DNA of 64,000 bases from an uncultured bacterium (GCA_964010765.1 CAXGMD010000006.1:1481-65480), one strand, 5' to 3'; shown: positions 30,043 through 40,381, numbered from the stretch's first letter. A program made the numbers and translations. Notes: generated by a model not told the origin, from the sequence alone.

Positions 30043-30552
30043 TCAATATCTACTGACTTTTCTTCCTTGCTGATAAGCCTCAATAGAGGCTTTTAGATCG
30101 TCATATTCATCACAGCCCAGCCAACATAATTTATCTAATTTCTCTAAATTAGCCTTCGCGAGGTCTAGATTGCCTACTGTCAGGAAGAGTTCTCCTTGAT
30201 ATTCCAGAGCCTCCAAGTGTTTGGGATTGATATCAAGTGCTTTTTCATAGTGAATTGCAGAATTTTTCAGGTCATTCATTTTGCGCAACACGTAACCCAT
30301 ATAATTATGAGCATCCGCGTTTCCTGGATTTTTTTCTAATTCTTTCCTCAATAGTGGAATAGCTGCACTGTAGTCAAATTTCTTTATATAGCTGACAGCT
30401 CGCTGATAATCTCTTGATTTTTGTGATGTAAAGTCATCATCTGAACCACCCGCAGCTTGTAGCATCAGCGGTGAGGCACATGTCATCAGTAGAATGACGA
30501 AGACTAAAGTTGAATGAAATAGAGTTTTATTATTTCCGTTAAAATATGACAT
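30043..30552 (-). CDS. Secreted TPR-repeat protein
   Basis: Signal peptide then three TPR-like units (AHNYMGYVL..., AIHYEKAL..., ALEYQGELF...). Low-GC region. Confidence 0.55.
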   Translation of the reverse strand: MSYFNGNNKTLFHSTLVFVILLMTCASPLMLQAAGGSDDDFTSQKSRDYQRAVSYIKKFDYSAAIPLLRKELEKNPGNADAHNYMGYVLRKMNDLKNSAIHYEKALDINPKHLEALEYQGELFLTVGNLDLAKANLEKLDKLCWLGCDEYDDLKASIEAYQQGRKVSRY

Positions 30553-30723
30553 TTTCTTTCTTTTTTACTATTGAATTTGAAGTGGCAATTATTGTTGAAA
30601 AATTTTCATAGGGGTTAAATGAAAGCCAGTTATAATCTTAGTGCATTTTTTGTTGTGGAGTAAAAGCAACTAGAAGTTCGCTCTCACAGCCCACAACTTG
30701 CTCAGCAACTAGGACATTTCGAG

Positions 30724-30969
30724 TTAGAATAACATCCAGCTAGCAGCGCCCATGAATCCAAAACAGATCAAGCCGACCAAGATGGCAGATCGTTTTGCCA
30801 TTTCCTCAGCGTCATTCAATTCCAAAATGTCTGTCCAATGAACGCCATATGATTTGTGCACACCCTTGTGGGGATTTTTCATGAAATTCTCCAGTTGATT
30901 GCTGTATTGATAATCTGCTGATTGAGGACAATAGTTGGCAGGAACAACCTTTTTCAAGCTCTTTGCCAC
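30724..30969 (-). CDS. Small membrane protein (hypothetical)
   Basis: 81 aa with a single C-terminal TM helix (SAILVGLICFGFMGAASWMLF). Confidence 0.3.
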   Translation of the reverse strand: MAKSLKKVVPANYCPQSADYQYSNQLENFMKNPHKGVHKSYGVHWTDILELNDAEEMAKRSAILVGLICFGFMGAASWMLF

Positions 30970-31847
30970 GTAGTATATAAAATTAAAATACTGAAATTAT
31001 TTATTATTTAATTTTAAGAACAAAAGAAAAGAGATTGTGTGAGAAAATTAGTGAGAAATGCAGGCGTTGATAATGATTTTCTCAGGAAACGATGGATCAG
31101 TAGGTTTGCCAACCAGCTAGCATTCCATCGGTAGCTCTTTCGATGTGTGGCTACAGCAGTTGTTTTTGCCTTCTGTTGCTTTGCAGATAGTGAATAATTT
31201 GGCTTTGCGAACCTGGAGAAATGATTTCCTTGGTCGAATGTTATCGAGCTTGTGGACGAACGGAAGAAAATATTTGGAAAAGAATTGTTTGTTTTTCAGC
31301 TCAGCTGTCACTCATAATTGTAAATCAAGTTTTTACCCATTAATTGACCAATTCTATATCCAAGGAAAATTCATGTTTTCTGAGACAGTCTTTATCAATC
31401 CGAAAATTCGCAAAATAGTCAGTGCAATCGTTGTTTATAGTTCTCTGGCCGCAGCAATTGCGTTCCTTGGGTTTCTGTTGATCTTTTTCGAAAATCCACA
31501 GTGAGATAGATTCCAGCTTGCCAGAGTGATCTTGTTAGAATATCAGAGAGACAGATGCTTCTACTTGACCGAGAGCAGCATCGCCGGTAATTGATCCGGA
31601 AAGATTCTTAAGTGATTACTTGGGTGGAAGTCATTTACAGTGAGGAAATATGAGTGTGATCTGCATTGATGAGATTCTTGAGAAAGATCAGCAGCGTCAG
31701 AAAGCGTTGGAACTAGATGAACTGGAGGAGTTGGACGAGTACGAACTGTGGGATTTGCAGGCTGATGAAATTCTCAACGGCTCTGGCTCGGAGATTCTGT
31801 GTTGAGAACAAGATTTCTACAGATGATGCCTGATTGAGATTGGACTG

Positions 31848-32261
31848 GTGATGTCTCATCGTCTAGCGATTGCTTTGCTCCTCACGCTCACCAATCTTGT
31901 GATTACCATGTCGCTTCAAGCCACTCCACTGAAAGACCATCTTTGGAAAAACCGTGTGATCATTACATTCTCTGCATCGGTGAAGGAACCGGAGCGTCTT
32001 GCACTTCAAAAGCAAATGGAAGAGAAAGCCTGTGCATTTATAGACAGAAATCTTGTGCACATAGATCTGCTTCAAGGGTCAGAGGACTTTGACGAGATGA
32101 GCCAACAATTTGCGGTATCAAGCTCAGGATTTCAGTTACTGCTATTGGGCAAAGATGGTGGGGTAAAGTTAAGATCGAGTACTGCCTCTTTAGAAGATAT
32201 TTTCTCCCTGATCGATACGATGCCAATGAGAAGAAGCGAAATGAGAGATGATCAGTGTTGA
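31848..32261 (+). CDS. DUF4174-family secreted protein
   Basis: Signal peptide, then WKNRVIITFSA...LLLLGKDGGVKLRS...IDTMPMRRSEM matches the DUF4174 signature recalled from memory. Confidence 0.5.
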   Translation: MMSHRLAIALLLTLTNLVITMSLQATPLKDHLWKNRVIITFSASVKEPERLALQKQMEEKACAFIDRNLVHIDLLQGSEDFDEMSQQFAVSSSGFQLLLLGKDGGVKLRSSTASLEDIFSLIDTMPMRRSEMRDDQC

Positions 32262-32610
32262 AGCAGCCCTACATTCAGTAATCTTGGGTTCAGTGAGTCT
32301 TCATTTTTTATTTTTTCGGTTCTTCCACGTTCCTCCATATTGATAGTTTGGATTATTTGGCCGTACAACTTCCAGGCATCCTCTACAGACAAAGACCCAC
32401 TCCTTGCTTGTGGAAACACGCACTCGAAACAGGGTGTTCATTTCTTTGAGACACTGATCACAAGATTTCATGGAAAATATGTGTGCTCAGTCAAGTTCAT
32501 GCATTCACCAAATAAAAACCACCTTCATCGCGTCTCTATACTGAGAATTCACGTTAGAATGTCCTTTTCAAATCAGGAAACATGTAACCTGAGAATTTTG
32601 GAGTAGAACC

Positions 32611-33069
32611 ATGGCTGAAGAATCTACGCTTGATACTGAGGTGAGGCACTTCATATATCAAACCTTCATAAGTGCATTGAGACCACCGACGACAGAAGAA
32701 ACTGCAAAACGATTTCAACTGCCGATTAATAAAATAGAAAGCGCTTTCGAGCGGCTTGCGGCTACACATGATATTGCACTGGCTCCTGGTAGCCACTCGA
32801 TCTGGATGGCTCATCCATTTTCTGCTTTGCCTACCAACTACACGGCCAAAATAGACGGGAAAAAATATTACGGCAATTGAATTTGGGATGTCTTCGGTAT
32901 TGCTGCCATCCTGGGCAAAAATACCGAAGGTCACACTCCGTGCGGGTGTGGAGAGTGTAATGATCATTTGGATTTTTTGATTGGTAAAAACCAGCCAATT
33001 ACCTCCGAATGGGTTGTGCATTTTGTTGTTCCTGCAAGACAGTTCTGGGAAAAAATTGGTTTCACCTGA
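32611..33069 (+). CDS. MerB-family (organomercurial lyase-like) protein with an in-frame UGA at the catalytic-Cys position; candidate selenoprotein (alternative reading: nonsense pseudogene ending at 32880)
   Basis: GGAG 7 nt upstream of the ATG. N-terminal HTH-like segment resembles MerB. ...KIDGKKYYGN-TGA-IWDVFGIAAILG aligns with MerB ...[11 protein letters not shown]96-ALD99TLIFPALIG. The frame stays open to the TGA at 33067. A stem-loop follows the in-frame TGA. Confidence 0.5.
32891..32930 (+). promoter_or_regulatory. Candidate bacterial SECIS hairpin: cttcggtatt / aataccgaag perfect 10-bp stem, 18-nt loop with an inner 4-bp stem, starting 11 nt 3' of the in-frame UGA (32878-80)
   Basis: Inverted repeat verified base-by-base in the sequence. 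The spacing matches the minimal fdhF-type SECIS (upper stem-loop 11 nt downstream of UGA). Confidence 0.45.
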
Positions 33070-33445
33070 GCTACCATCCTCGCTTTCAGTTCGAAAGCAC
33101 ATTTGCAGAATTGGTTGAAGAGAACAGATCAGAATCATGGAGCAATGATTTCTCTTCAAACCTGCCATCAATTGGCGATTCAGTGGTACTCTGGGCGAGC
33201 AGAAAAACATTGGGAAAGACGCTCGGGTGACTCAACACAGGCAATGTTTGCTGAATTAGGAATGACAGGGCCATTCTGGAGTTTTTGAAGAGCCCTTGTT
33301 AGCGCATATCGACGAAAATTTTGGTCACTGAGAGGCTTCAAGCAACCACCTTTCATTTGGCAACACCAAGGTCTTTTCAAAATTCTTGTGCTATACCCAA
33401 ACCTTTTCAACAAATCGGTTAATCATTCTTTGCTGACCGAAACGC

Positions 33446-35425
33446 TTGAAAACAAACCCACATTCCTTTTATTTTCCTCATCGATTACGAAATATGGCTA
33501 AAGCTCCTTACGGTTCCTGGAAGTCACCAATCAGCACGGATCTGATCGTTGCTGGTTCCATTGGCTTGTCCTCCCCTCAAGCATTGCAAAATGGTCGCTG
33601 CTGGATTGAGTCTCGGCCCCAGGAAGGAGGTCGGTCGGTACTAGTCAAACAGGATCCAGACGGCAAGGTCCATGACGTAACACCAGCTCCTTTCAACATC
33701 AGAACCCGAGTGCATGAGTATGGAGGGGGAGCCTCGCTGATTCATGGAGATAGCATCTATTTCTCCAATTTTTCAGATCAGCAACTGTATCGCCAGGGAT
33801 GGGAAGATCCGGTTCCGACTCAACTCACACATTCTGAGGGCTATCGTTTTGCGAATGGCTCTGTCGATACCCTACGGAACCGCATGATCTATGTGGTTGA
33901 AGGCCACAACGTCTCTGGGGAACCCAAAAACCTGATTGGCGCAGTTGATCTAGAAACAGGCGAGCTGACGATTCTTGCCAAGGGTCACGATTTTTATAGC
34001 TCCCCAGTGATCAGTCCAGATGGATCAAGGATGGCGTTCATGACTTGGGATCATCCCAACATGCCCTGGGACGAATCGACAATCTGGGTTACTGAACTAG
34101 ACGAAGCAGGCATGCCCAGAGAAATGATTCCGGTAGCGGGTGGAAAGCAAGGAGAGCAGAAAATCTCTGTCCAGCAACCGCAGTTTTCAGCAACTGGAGA
34201 GCTCTTTTACATCTCTGATGAGAGTGGTTACTGGAACCTGTATCGGGAGCAGTCCGGACAGAGCGTATGTCCAAGAGAAGCTGAATTTGGTGGTCCTCAC
34301 TGGGTGTTTGGAATGCACCATTACGAGTTTCTCGATTCAGGCAAAATCATTTGTTGCTACAGTGAGAAGAACCTTGATCAACTGGCCTTGCTGAATCCAG
34401 AGACAGGCGAGTTGGAAGACCTAGATCTTCTGTATACCTCCATCGGGAATCTTTCTCTTTCGGGCAACAGACTCCTGACAGTGGCATCTTCACCAACGCT
34501 TTTTCAAGAAATCATCGAAATCGATCTCTCCACGAAAACGATACAAACCATCAAAACCTCGACGGATTTGGAACTGGATCAGGCTTACCTCTCTGTCCCA
34601 GAAACGATTGAGTTCCCCACTGCGGGAAATGCAGTTGCCCACGGGTTTTACTACCCTCCGACAAACCAAGATTTTCAGGGTCTGGATGGAGAAACTCCTC
34701 CGCTGATCGTGACGCTGCATGGTGGTCCCACCAGCGCTACCCACGCGGTGCTGAGCTTCAAGACGCAGTACTGGACAACACGTGGATTTGGAGTGCTCGA
34801 CCTGAATTATCGGGGATCTACAGGATACGGAAGAGCCTACCAGGATGAGTTGATCCGTCAGTGGGGAATCATCGACGTAGAGGACGCTGTCGCTGGGGCG
34901 GAGTACTTGGTGCGTCAGCAAAAAGCAGATCCACTGCGCTTGGCCATCCGGGGAGGTAGTGCCGGAGGTTACACCACGCTGGCCGCCTTGACCTTCGCGG
35001 ATACTTTCAAAGCAGGAGCGAGCCTCTATGGCATTAGTGACTTGGAAATTCTAGCCCAGGAAACTCACAAATTCGAATCGCGCTACCTGGACCGGCTAAT
35101 CGGCGACTACCCCGAAGAGAAAGAGGTCTACCAGGCTCGTTCACCGATCAATCATCTAGATCAACTTTCAAGCCCCTGCATCTTCTTTCATGGGTTGGAG
35201 GATCAAGTGGTGCCCCCCAACCAGGCAGAGATGATGGTCGAAGCACTGCGGACGAAAGGGGTTCCCGTGGCGTATGTGCCCTTTGAAAAAGAGCAGCATG
35301 GCTTCCGCATCGCAGAGAACATCAAGCGCTGCCTGGAGCTTGAGTTGTATTTCTATTCCCGTATTTTTGGCTTCCACCCGGCAGATCCGATTGACCCGAT
35401 TGTGATTGACAACCTGGAGGAATGA
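33446..35425 (+). CDS. S9-family serine peptidase (acylaminoacyl-peptidase/prolyl oligopeptidase-like; beta-propeller + alpha/beta-hydrolase)
   Basis: GGSAGGYTTLAAL nucleophile elbow (GxSxGG). C-terminal catalytic Asp/His region (FFHGLEDQVVP, EQHGF). Confidence 0.8.
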   Translation: MKTNPHSFYFPHRLRNMAKAPYGSWKSPISTDLIVAGSIGLSSPQALQNGRCWIESRPQEGGRSVLVKQDPDGKVHDVTPAPFNIRTRVHEYGGGASLIHGDSIYFSNFSDQQLYRQGWEDPVPTQLTHSEGYRFANGSVDTLRNRMIYVVEGHNVSGEPKNLIGAVDLETGELTILAKGHDFYSSPVISPDGSRMAFMTWDHPNMPWDESTIWVTELDEAGMPREMIPVAGGKQGEQKISVQQPQFSATGELFYISDESGYWNLYREQSGQSVCPREAEFGGPHWVFGMHHYEFLDSGKIICCYSEKNLDQLALLNPETGELEDLDLLYTSIGNLSLSGNRLLTVASSPTLFQEIIEIDLSTKTIQTIKTSTDLELDQAYLSVPETIEFPTAGNAVAHGFYYPPTNQDFQGLDGETPPLIVTLHGGPTSATHAVLSFKTQYWTTRGFGVLDLNYRGSTGYGRAYQDELIRQWGIIDVEDAVAGAEYLVRQQKADPLRLAIRGGSAGGYTTLAALTFADTFKAGASLYGISDLEILAQETHKFESRYLDRLIGDYPEEKEVYQARSPINHLDQLSSPCIFFHGLEDQVVPPNQAEMMVEALRTKGVPVAYVPFEKEQHGFRIAENIKRCLELELYFYSRIFGFHPADPIDPIVIDNLEE

Positions 35426-35470
35426 ACGAGCTCAACTCGTTGGTTGAGAACATCGGTCAGAATTTGGAAA

Positions 35471-36475
35471 CTATCCCACAGGATGTTGTTTTCCTGGCCA
35501 TCTATCCCACCATCGTTCAAACAAAGCCAGCTGGCTTGCTGCAAAATCTTTCTGGCTTGGGCTCAGTTCATCAAAGGCATTGAGATGGTGTTGATAGTCA
35601 GCATCGCCCTTGAGAAACAACAGGTATTTGTAATAGAGCACAAGGTCCGGGCCTTCATCAAAGGTGGATAGCGTTTTTAGGGCGTCTTCGAGCTCATACG
35701 CATAGTTTTTTGCTTGGCAATCTCCGCTGAGAGCCATTTGGCAGAGTGCAAACAACTTCAGCACAGGTTGTGGCAGAACGTTGCCAACCCCAGTAATCAA
35801 CCCAATGGCACCACATCGAAGTACTCCGTGGCAAACTTGGGTATCGACCCCAACCAGTAGCTCTAACGCTTCCTCCCCACTGGTGATGTGTTCTGCAGCG
35901 TAACTCAGCGCCTTAGCACCTCCAAACTCCTTGAATCCAACAAGATGCGGGTAATCTTTCCGTAAATCAAAAAACAACTCTGCTTTCGTTTCAAATCCAT
36001 AGTATAGGCTGTTGTAAATCACAGAGGGAAGGTCCACCCCAGCTTCCAAAACCGCAGCCAGATGTGCTCTTTGCGCTGTGGGTGAGGTGCCCCTGGAGAG
36101 TACTCTGGGAATGATCATCAACCCTCTTGCTCCACTTGCCTTTGCATGGACAGCATGAGCAACTGCGTTCTGAGTATTTTGAGCACCGGTTCCCACAATA
36201 ACTGGAAGACCAGCATCGATCAGGGCATTCACTCCGTGGCGACGATGCTCCTCAGAAAGTAACGGCCAGTCGCCCATTGATCCACAGTACACTACTGAAC
36301 TCATTCCTTCTTCCATCAGCTCTTGGCCTTTGCGGACTAGCGCATCAAAATTGGGGATGCCAGATTCGTCGCAGGGAGTCATTAGGGCAGGAATACAACC
36401 ATAAAACGTGTGTGTTGGCTTCATTGCGCTACTCAGTTTATGAATCTGTTTGGGCCATGCTTCGATTTGAGTCAA
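35471..36475 (-). CDS. DapA-family class I aldolase/lyase (paralog of dapA)
   Basis: Schiff-base Lys context GFKEFGG, and TPCDESG...GTGAQNT. Alternative start at 36424 (MKPTHTF). Confidence 0.7.
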   Translation of the reverse strand: MTQIEAWPKQIHKLSSAMKPTHTFYGCIPALMTPCDESGIPNFDALVRKGQELMEEGMSSVVYCGSMGDWPLLSEEHRRHGVNALIDAGLPVIVGTGAQNTQNAVAHAVHAKASGARGLMIIPRVLSRGTSPTAQRAHLAAVLEAGVDLPSVIYNSLYYGFETKAELFFDLRKDYPHLVGFKEFGGAKALSYAAEHITSGEEALELLVGVDTQVCHGVLRCGAIGLITGVGNVLPQPVLKLFALCQMALSGDCQAKNYAYELEDALKTLSTFDEGPDLVLYYKYLLFLKGDADYQHHLNAFDELSPSQKDFAASQLALFERWWDRWPGKQHPVG

Positions 36476-36714
36476 CAGATTTGGATCTGCTTAGTTCAAA
36501 TCAGGCAATTAGGTTTAATTTTAGGAATATTGTCTGTTCAGCTAATGAAGAGAATACTTACCGGAACAGAATCCATTGGTCCAGCCTCCAGACTTTGCTT
36601 GCTACTTCATTATCTACTGAATGATACTTTCGACGCTTTTTCTAATTTTTTGGGCTTGGTATTTTATTCTGCTGAGGCCGGTAATTTTAAAAATTTCTAT
36701 GATTAAGGTTAGTA

Positions 36715-37029
36715 ATGCCAACACTGTTTTATTTTGAAGCCAAATTGAAAATAGGTAAGGAAGAACGATTTCTTCAATTCGTAAACGGCCCTAAAGGCTT
36801 TGCAATCACCAAATCAAAGCCGGGTTTCATTTCGGCAGAAGTTGGACTATCGAAAGATGGTGTGGGTCAAACCACTTTCCACCTGTGGGAGAAATGGGAA
36901 AAGCTGGAAGACTTTGAAAATTATGGCCAAGACCCAGAGCGCTTGCCTGGTGCAGAGTTTGAGGAAATTTTTGCAGATTGTATTGATGGTGTTCCTCGAG
37001 AGATTTTCCCAGAAATCATGGAAGTCTAG
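36715..37029 (+). CDS. Small ABM/Dabb-like alpha+beta-barrel protein (hypothetical)
   Basis: 104 aa. ...FISAEVGLSKDGVGQTTFHLWEKWEKLEDFENY resembles antibiotic-biosynthesis-monooxygenase-type proteins. Weak. Confidence 0.35.
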   Translation: MPTLFYFEAKLKIGKEERFLQFVNGPKGFAITKSKPGFISAEVGLSKDGVGQTTFHLWEKWEKLEDFENYGQDPERLPGAEFEEIFADCIDGVPREIFPEIMEV

Positions 37030-37144
37030 AGTCTCACCCCCATGCAAGAATTCCTATTGCTCATGGAACTACCAACTATCTCTTGCTTAGTAACTGCTAA
37101 TGCACTCGGGATCTAGTCAGCTAAATATCAGTTCTATCATACCA

Positions 37145-37197
37145 GTTCGTTGGTGGATCAAATTTGCCGAAGAATACTTCAGCTACAAAAATTATTG
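37145..37197. repeat. Repeat copy A (~53 bp, ~83% identical to copy B at 42926). Begins with ttggtgga, resembling the tmRNA 3' end core
   Basis: gttcgttggtggatcaaatttgccgaagaatacttcagctacaaaaattatt vs ggtttgttggtggatcaaatttgatcgagaatgattcagctacaataattgtt. Confidence 0.6.
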
Positions 37198-37343
37198 GCT
37201 ATCATTCTTGAAAGCAATCTCTCATTACCTGCGGAAGATAGATGAAAAATTATAATTGAAGAATGACCCGGAGTACTCAGTACAAAAGTTGTTTCAAATA
37301 ATGAATTTATCCTTGATGAACCCAAGTAAAGAAAGAAGGGATT

Positions 37344-39047
37344 ATGATTTTTAATAGACTGTTCTCTAGCTTGGTCTTTGTTGCTTTCTTGTGGAATCCG
37401 GCATTTGCCCAAAGCTCCAAGAAAGCGCTCAAGTACATGGTAGCTACTGCAAATCCAGTGGCTTCCCAAGTTGGCTACGATATTCTAAGCAGGGGAGGCA
37501 ATGCGATTGACGCCATGGTTGGTGTTCAACTCATGCTGAATCTTGTGGAACCACAGAGTTCTGGGATTGGTGGTGGTGCTTTCTTGTTGTTTTATGATGC
37601 CAAACGGAAGGAAGTTACCAGTTTTGACGGTAGGGAAACAGCACCACTCAAGGCAAAGGGAGACTTGTTTCTCAAAGAGGATGGCGGCCCTCTGAAATTT
37701 TTTGAAGGTGTTGTAGGGGGTCGCTCTGTTGGAACACCAGGAACATTGAAACTCCTAGAAGTCACCCATAAAAACTTTGGTTCTCTCCCTTGGCGAGAGT
37801 TGATGCAACCGACAATTAAACTTGCTGAAGAGGGCTTCAGGGTTTCCAAAAGGCTAGCGGCATCGGTGGAGAGGGATGCAAAACGTTTGAAAACTTTCCC
37901 AGCAACAAAATCATATTTCTTCCTAGACAGTGATACGCCAGTTCCCGAGGGAACTTTGTTGCGTAATCCAGATTTCGCCAAAACATTGCGCCTGATTGCC
38001 GCAGAGGGTAGCGACCCATTTTACTATGGTGAAATTGCGAGGGACATTGTTCGTACTGTTCAAGAAGCAAAGGGTAACCCAGGCAAACTATCACTCGCTG
38101 ATTTAAGAAATTATTGGGTTATTGAGAGACAACCAATTTGCCATGACTACAAGCAGTATCAAATTTGTGGAATGGGACCACCCTCTTCAGGAGCACTTAC
38201 CATTGGACAAATGTTGGGGATGCTAAGTCACTTCAATTTGCGAGACCTGTCTCCAAACGGATTGAACTTCACCCATCTTTTTGCAGAGGCCAACCAACTG
38301 GCATTTAAAGATCGAGGTCTTTACATGGCGGATAGTGACTATGTAGACATGCCAACTGAAGGTTTGCTTGATCCGGAATATTTAGAGATGCGGTCCAAGT
38401 TGATCGATCCGAGTAAAGCCTCCGGTAATCTGTCTGCTGGCTCACCGCCGAAAGCTTTGAGTTATCAACTTAGTCCTGACATGTCGCTAGAATTCCCCTC
38501 TACGAGTCACTTTGCAATTGTAGATGCTCAAGGCAACGCTGTCAGTATGACGACCACTATTGAAAACGGCTTTGGCTCTCGCCTGATGACCAGGGGATTT
38601 TTGCTCAACAACGAATTAACCGATTTCTCTTTCCGACCGGAACAGAATGGTCGCTTGATTGCCAATCGACTTGAACCCGGGAAGCGTCCTCGCTCTTCGA
38701 TGTCTCCTACACTTGTGTTCAACGCAAAAGGTGAGTTACACATGGCTGTTGGCTCACCTGGCGGTAGTCGGATCATTCCATACGTTGCAAAAACTCTGTT
38801 GGGGGTACTTGAATGGAACATGGATATACAGGACGCGATTAATCTGCCGAACCTAGCCAAAAATTTTGGTACCCTAGACTTGGAAGCAGAAACCCCTGCA
38901 GAGCAACTGAAAGCAGAGTTGGAACAACGGGGACACAAAGTTAGTGTGCGTTCACTCACGAGCGGAATTCAGGGGATTGTTGTCTCATCAGGTGGACTGG
39001 TTGGTGGGGCAGATCCACGTAGAGAAGGATTGGTTCTGGGTGAATAG
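37344..39047 (+). CDS. ggt: Gamma-glutamyltranspeptidase
   Basis: Signal peptide. Autoprocessing Thr context and ...TSHFAIVDAQGNAVSMTTTIENGFGS (GGT catalytic region). Confidence 0.85.
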   Translation: MIFNRLFSSLVFVAFLWNPAFAQSSKKALKYMVATANPVASQVGYDILSRGGNAIDAMVGVQLMLNLVEPQSSGIGGGAFLLFYDAKRKEVTSFDGRETAPLKAKGDLFLKEDGGPLKFFEGVVGGRSVGTPGTLKLLEVTHKNFGSLPWRELMQPTIKLAEEGFRVSKRLAASVERDAKRLKTFPATKSYFFLDSDTPVPEGTLLRNPDFAKTLRLIAAEGSDPFYYGEIARDIVRTVQEAKGNPGKLSLADLRNYWVIERQPICHDYKQYQICGMGPPSSGALTIGQMLGMLSHFNLRDLSPNGLNFTHLFAEANQLAFKDRGLYMADSDYVDMPTEGLLDPEYLEMRSKLIDPSKASGNLSAGSPPKALSYQLSPDMSLEFPSTSHFAIVDAQGNAVSMTTTIENGFGSRLMTRGFLLNNELTDFSFRPEQNGRLIANRLEPGKRPRSSMSPTLVFNAKGELHMAVGSPGGSRIIPYVAKTLLGVLEWNMDIQDAINLPNLAKNFGTLDLEAETPAEQLKAELEQRGHKVSVRSLTSGIQGIVVSSGGLVGGADPRREGLVLGE

Positions 39048-39460
39048 GTTTCATAAATTGTAAGAGACGCCACTCATCCTGAGTTCGTTGGTAGGTCGTT
39101 AAATTTATCAAGACGATCCTCCAAAGTAGTCTGATTACTTTCTTGCGAACGCATAGTTTGTCTTTACACTATCTACTGAATGATATATTTTTATCTTATT
39201 CATTTTTTTTCAATTTGGTGATTCTGCGCATCTTGTATAGCAATTTTGCCAAAATTTTTGGCTAGTTTCCTGAAGTTATATGTTTAAACTGGCCAATTCA
39301 ATTTTTTGCTAACAGATTGCTTGTGTTTTAATTACCTTCTGGTTGATATTTGGGCTCTCTGCCCAAATTACTTGGGCCTGATGCCGCAGTGTCCGACTCA
39401 TGTGAGTTGTGATCTCACACTGTGCAACGCAACGCTAAATCTGATTATCTAGAGGACCAA

Positions 39461-39892
39461 ATGCTGAGAAAATTGATTTTTGCCTGTCTTATCATGGCGC
39501 TGTTATCTGCTACACCTATCTTTGGGGGTAGTCATTCAAATGAGAAAAAACCGCAGTTCATGTGGATCCGTACTTATGAATTGAAACCTGGGGTGAGTTC
39601 AGTAGAGGCTGAAAAGGTTGCAAGAGGTGTAATGGATTTTGTCAATAACAAACTCCTCCAAGGGAATGGTATTCTTACCATGCTTGTTCCAGTAGCGGGG
39701 CCGTCAAACAAATTTAGCTTCTTTTACATTTCTGACAGTATTGATGACAGAATTATAGGTAGAAGTAGACTGGTAAAGCTTGAGGGGTTTCAACCTCATT
39801 TCAAGGCTATGATGAATATTGTTGAAAGCGCTGACGATCAGTGGTTCATGCTTCCATCACAAGATGTTATTTGGTCTCCTTCTAGTGAATAG
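39461..39892 (+). CDS. Hypothetical secreted protein
   Basis: AGAGGA RBS then ATG 39461. Signal peptide MLRKLIFACLIMALLSATPIFG. Confidence 0.4.
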   Translation: MLRKLIFACLIMALLSATPIFGGSHSNEKKPQFMWIRTYELKPGVSSVEAEKVARGVMDFVNNKLLQGNGILTMLVPVAGPSNKFSFFYISDSIDDRIIGRSRLVKLEGFQPHFKAMMNIVESADDQWFMLPSQDVIWSPSSE

Positions 39893-39913
39893 CGTGTACT
39901 AGTTAACCACCTT

Positions 39914-39936
39914 GGGACCCAATCAAATTGGGTCCC
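39914..39936 (+). terminator. Hairpin gggacccaa-tcaaa-ttgggtccc downstream of the 39461 gene (no clear U-tract)
   Basis: 9-bp perfect inverted repeat, 20 nt after the stop. Confidence 0.35.
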
Positions 39937-40117
39937 GCTGATCCTCTGTGTTAAAATGATGGTTGGTTTAGATCAACTAATTTTTCTAATTGACATATTC
40001 TTATATTTTCAATTTTTTGGCCTTAAATTAAAAAAGAATTTCAGCTAAATTGCTTTGAAAAAAGAATGATCTGCCAACGTGACGAAATGAAATACTAATT
40101 CTAGTTTGAGATGAACA

Positions 40118-40381
40118 ATGAAAGTAATGATGCAAGTGGAATGTAGAGACTGGGATCACTGGAAAAAAGCCTACGATGCTCACGCTCCTGTAAGAGTTGG
40201 ATTTCAACAGGACATCTTTGTAGGTCATGAAGCAGAAAATCCAAACAATGTAGTGTTGATTGTTGAAATTCCTTCTATGGAAGCAATGCAGGAGTTTATG
40301 CAGCGCCCTGATAATGCAAAGGCAATCGCTGATTCAGGAGTGAATGTAGAGAGTATCAAAGTAACTCCTCTTGCAGACTAA
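40118..40381 (+). CDS. Small protein, paralog A of an 87-aa family (see 42050)
   Basis: MKVMMQVECRDWDHWKKAYDAH...MEAMQEF...VTPLAD. Shares a pattern with the ORF at 42050 (M..M.I.C.DW.KA.DA...VG.....MEAM..P....VTP). Confidence 0.5.
   Translation: MKVMMQVECRDWDHWKKAYDAHAPVRVGFQQDIFVGHEAENPNNVVLIVEIPSMEAMQEFMQRPDNAKAIADSGVNVESIKVTPLAD

Noticed and set aside
32554-33210. 218-aa minus-strand ORF covering the MerB-like locus
   Set aside because: It is antisense to a plus-strand gene that has an RBS and a convincing family alignment. Its translation is Cys/Phe-rich nonsense with no start context.
39348-39368. Palindrome atttgggc-tctct-gcccaaat about 95 nt upstream of the 39461 gene
   Set aside because: It could be an operator or a leader hairpin, but there is no flanking evidence. 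Kept out of the features list as too speculative.
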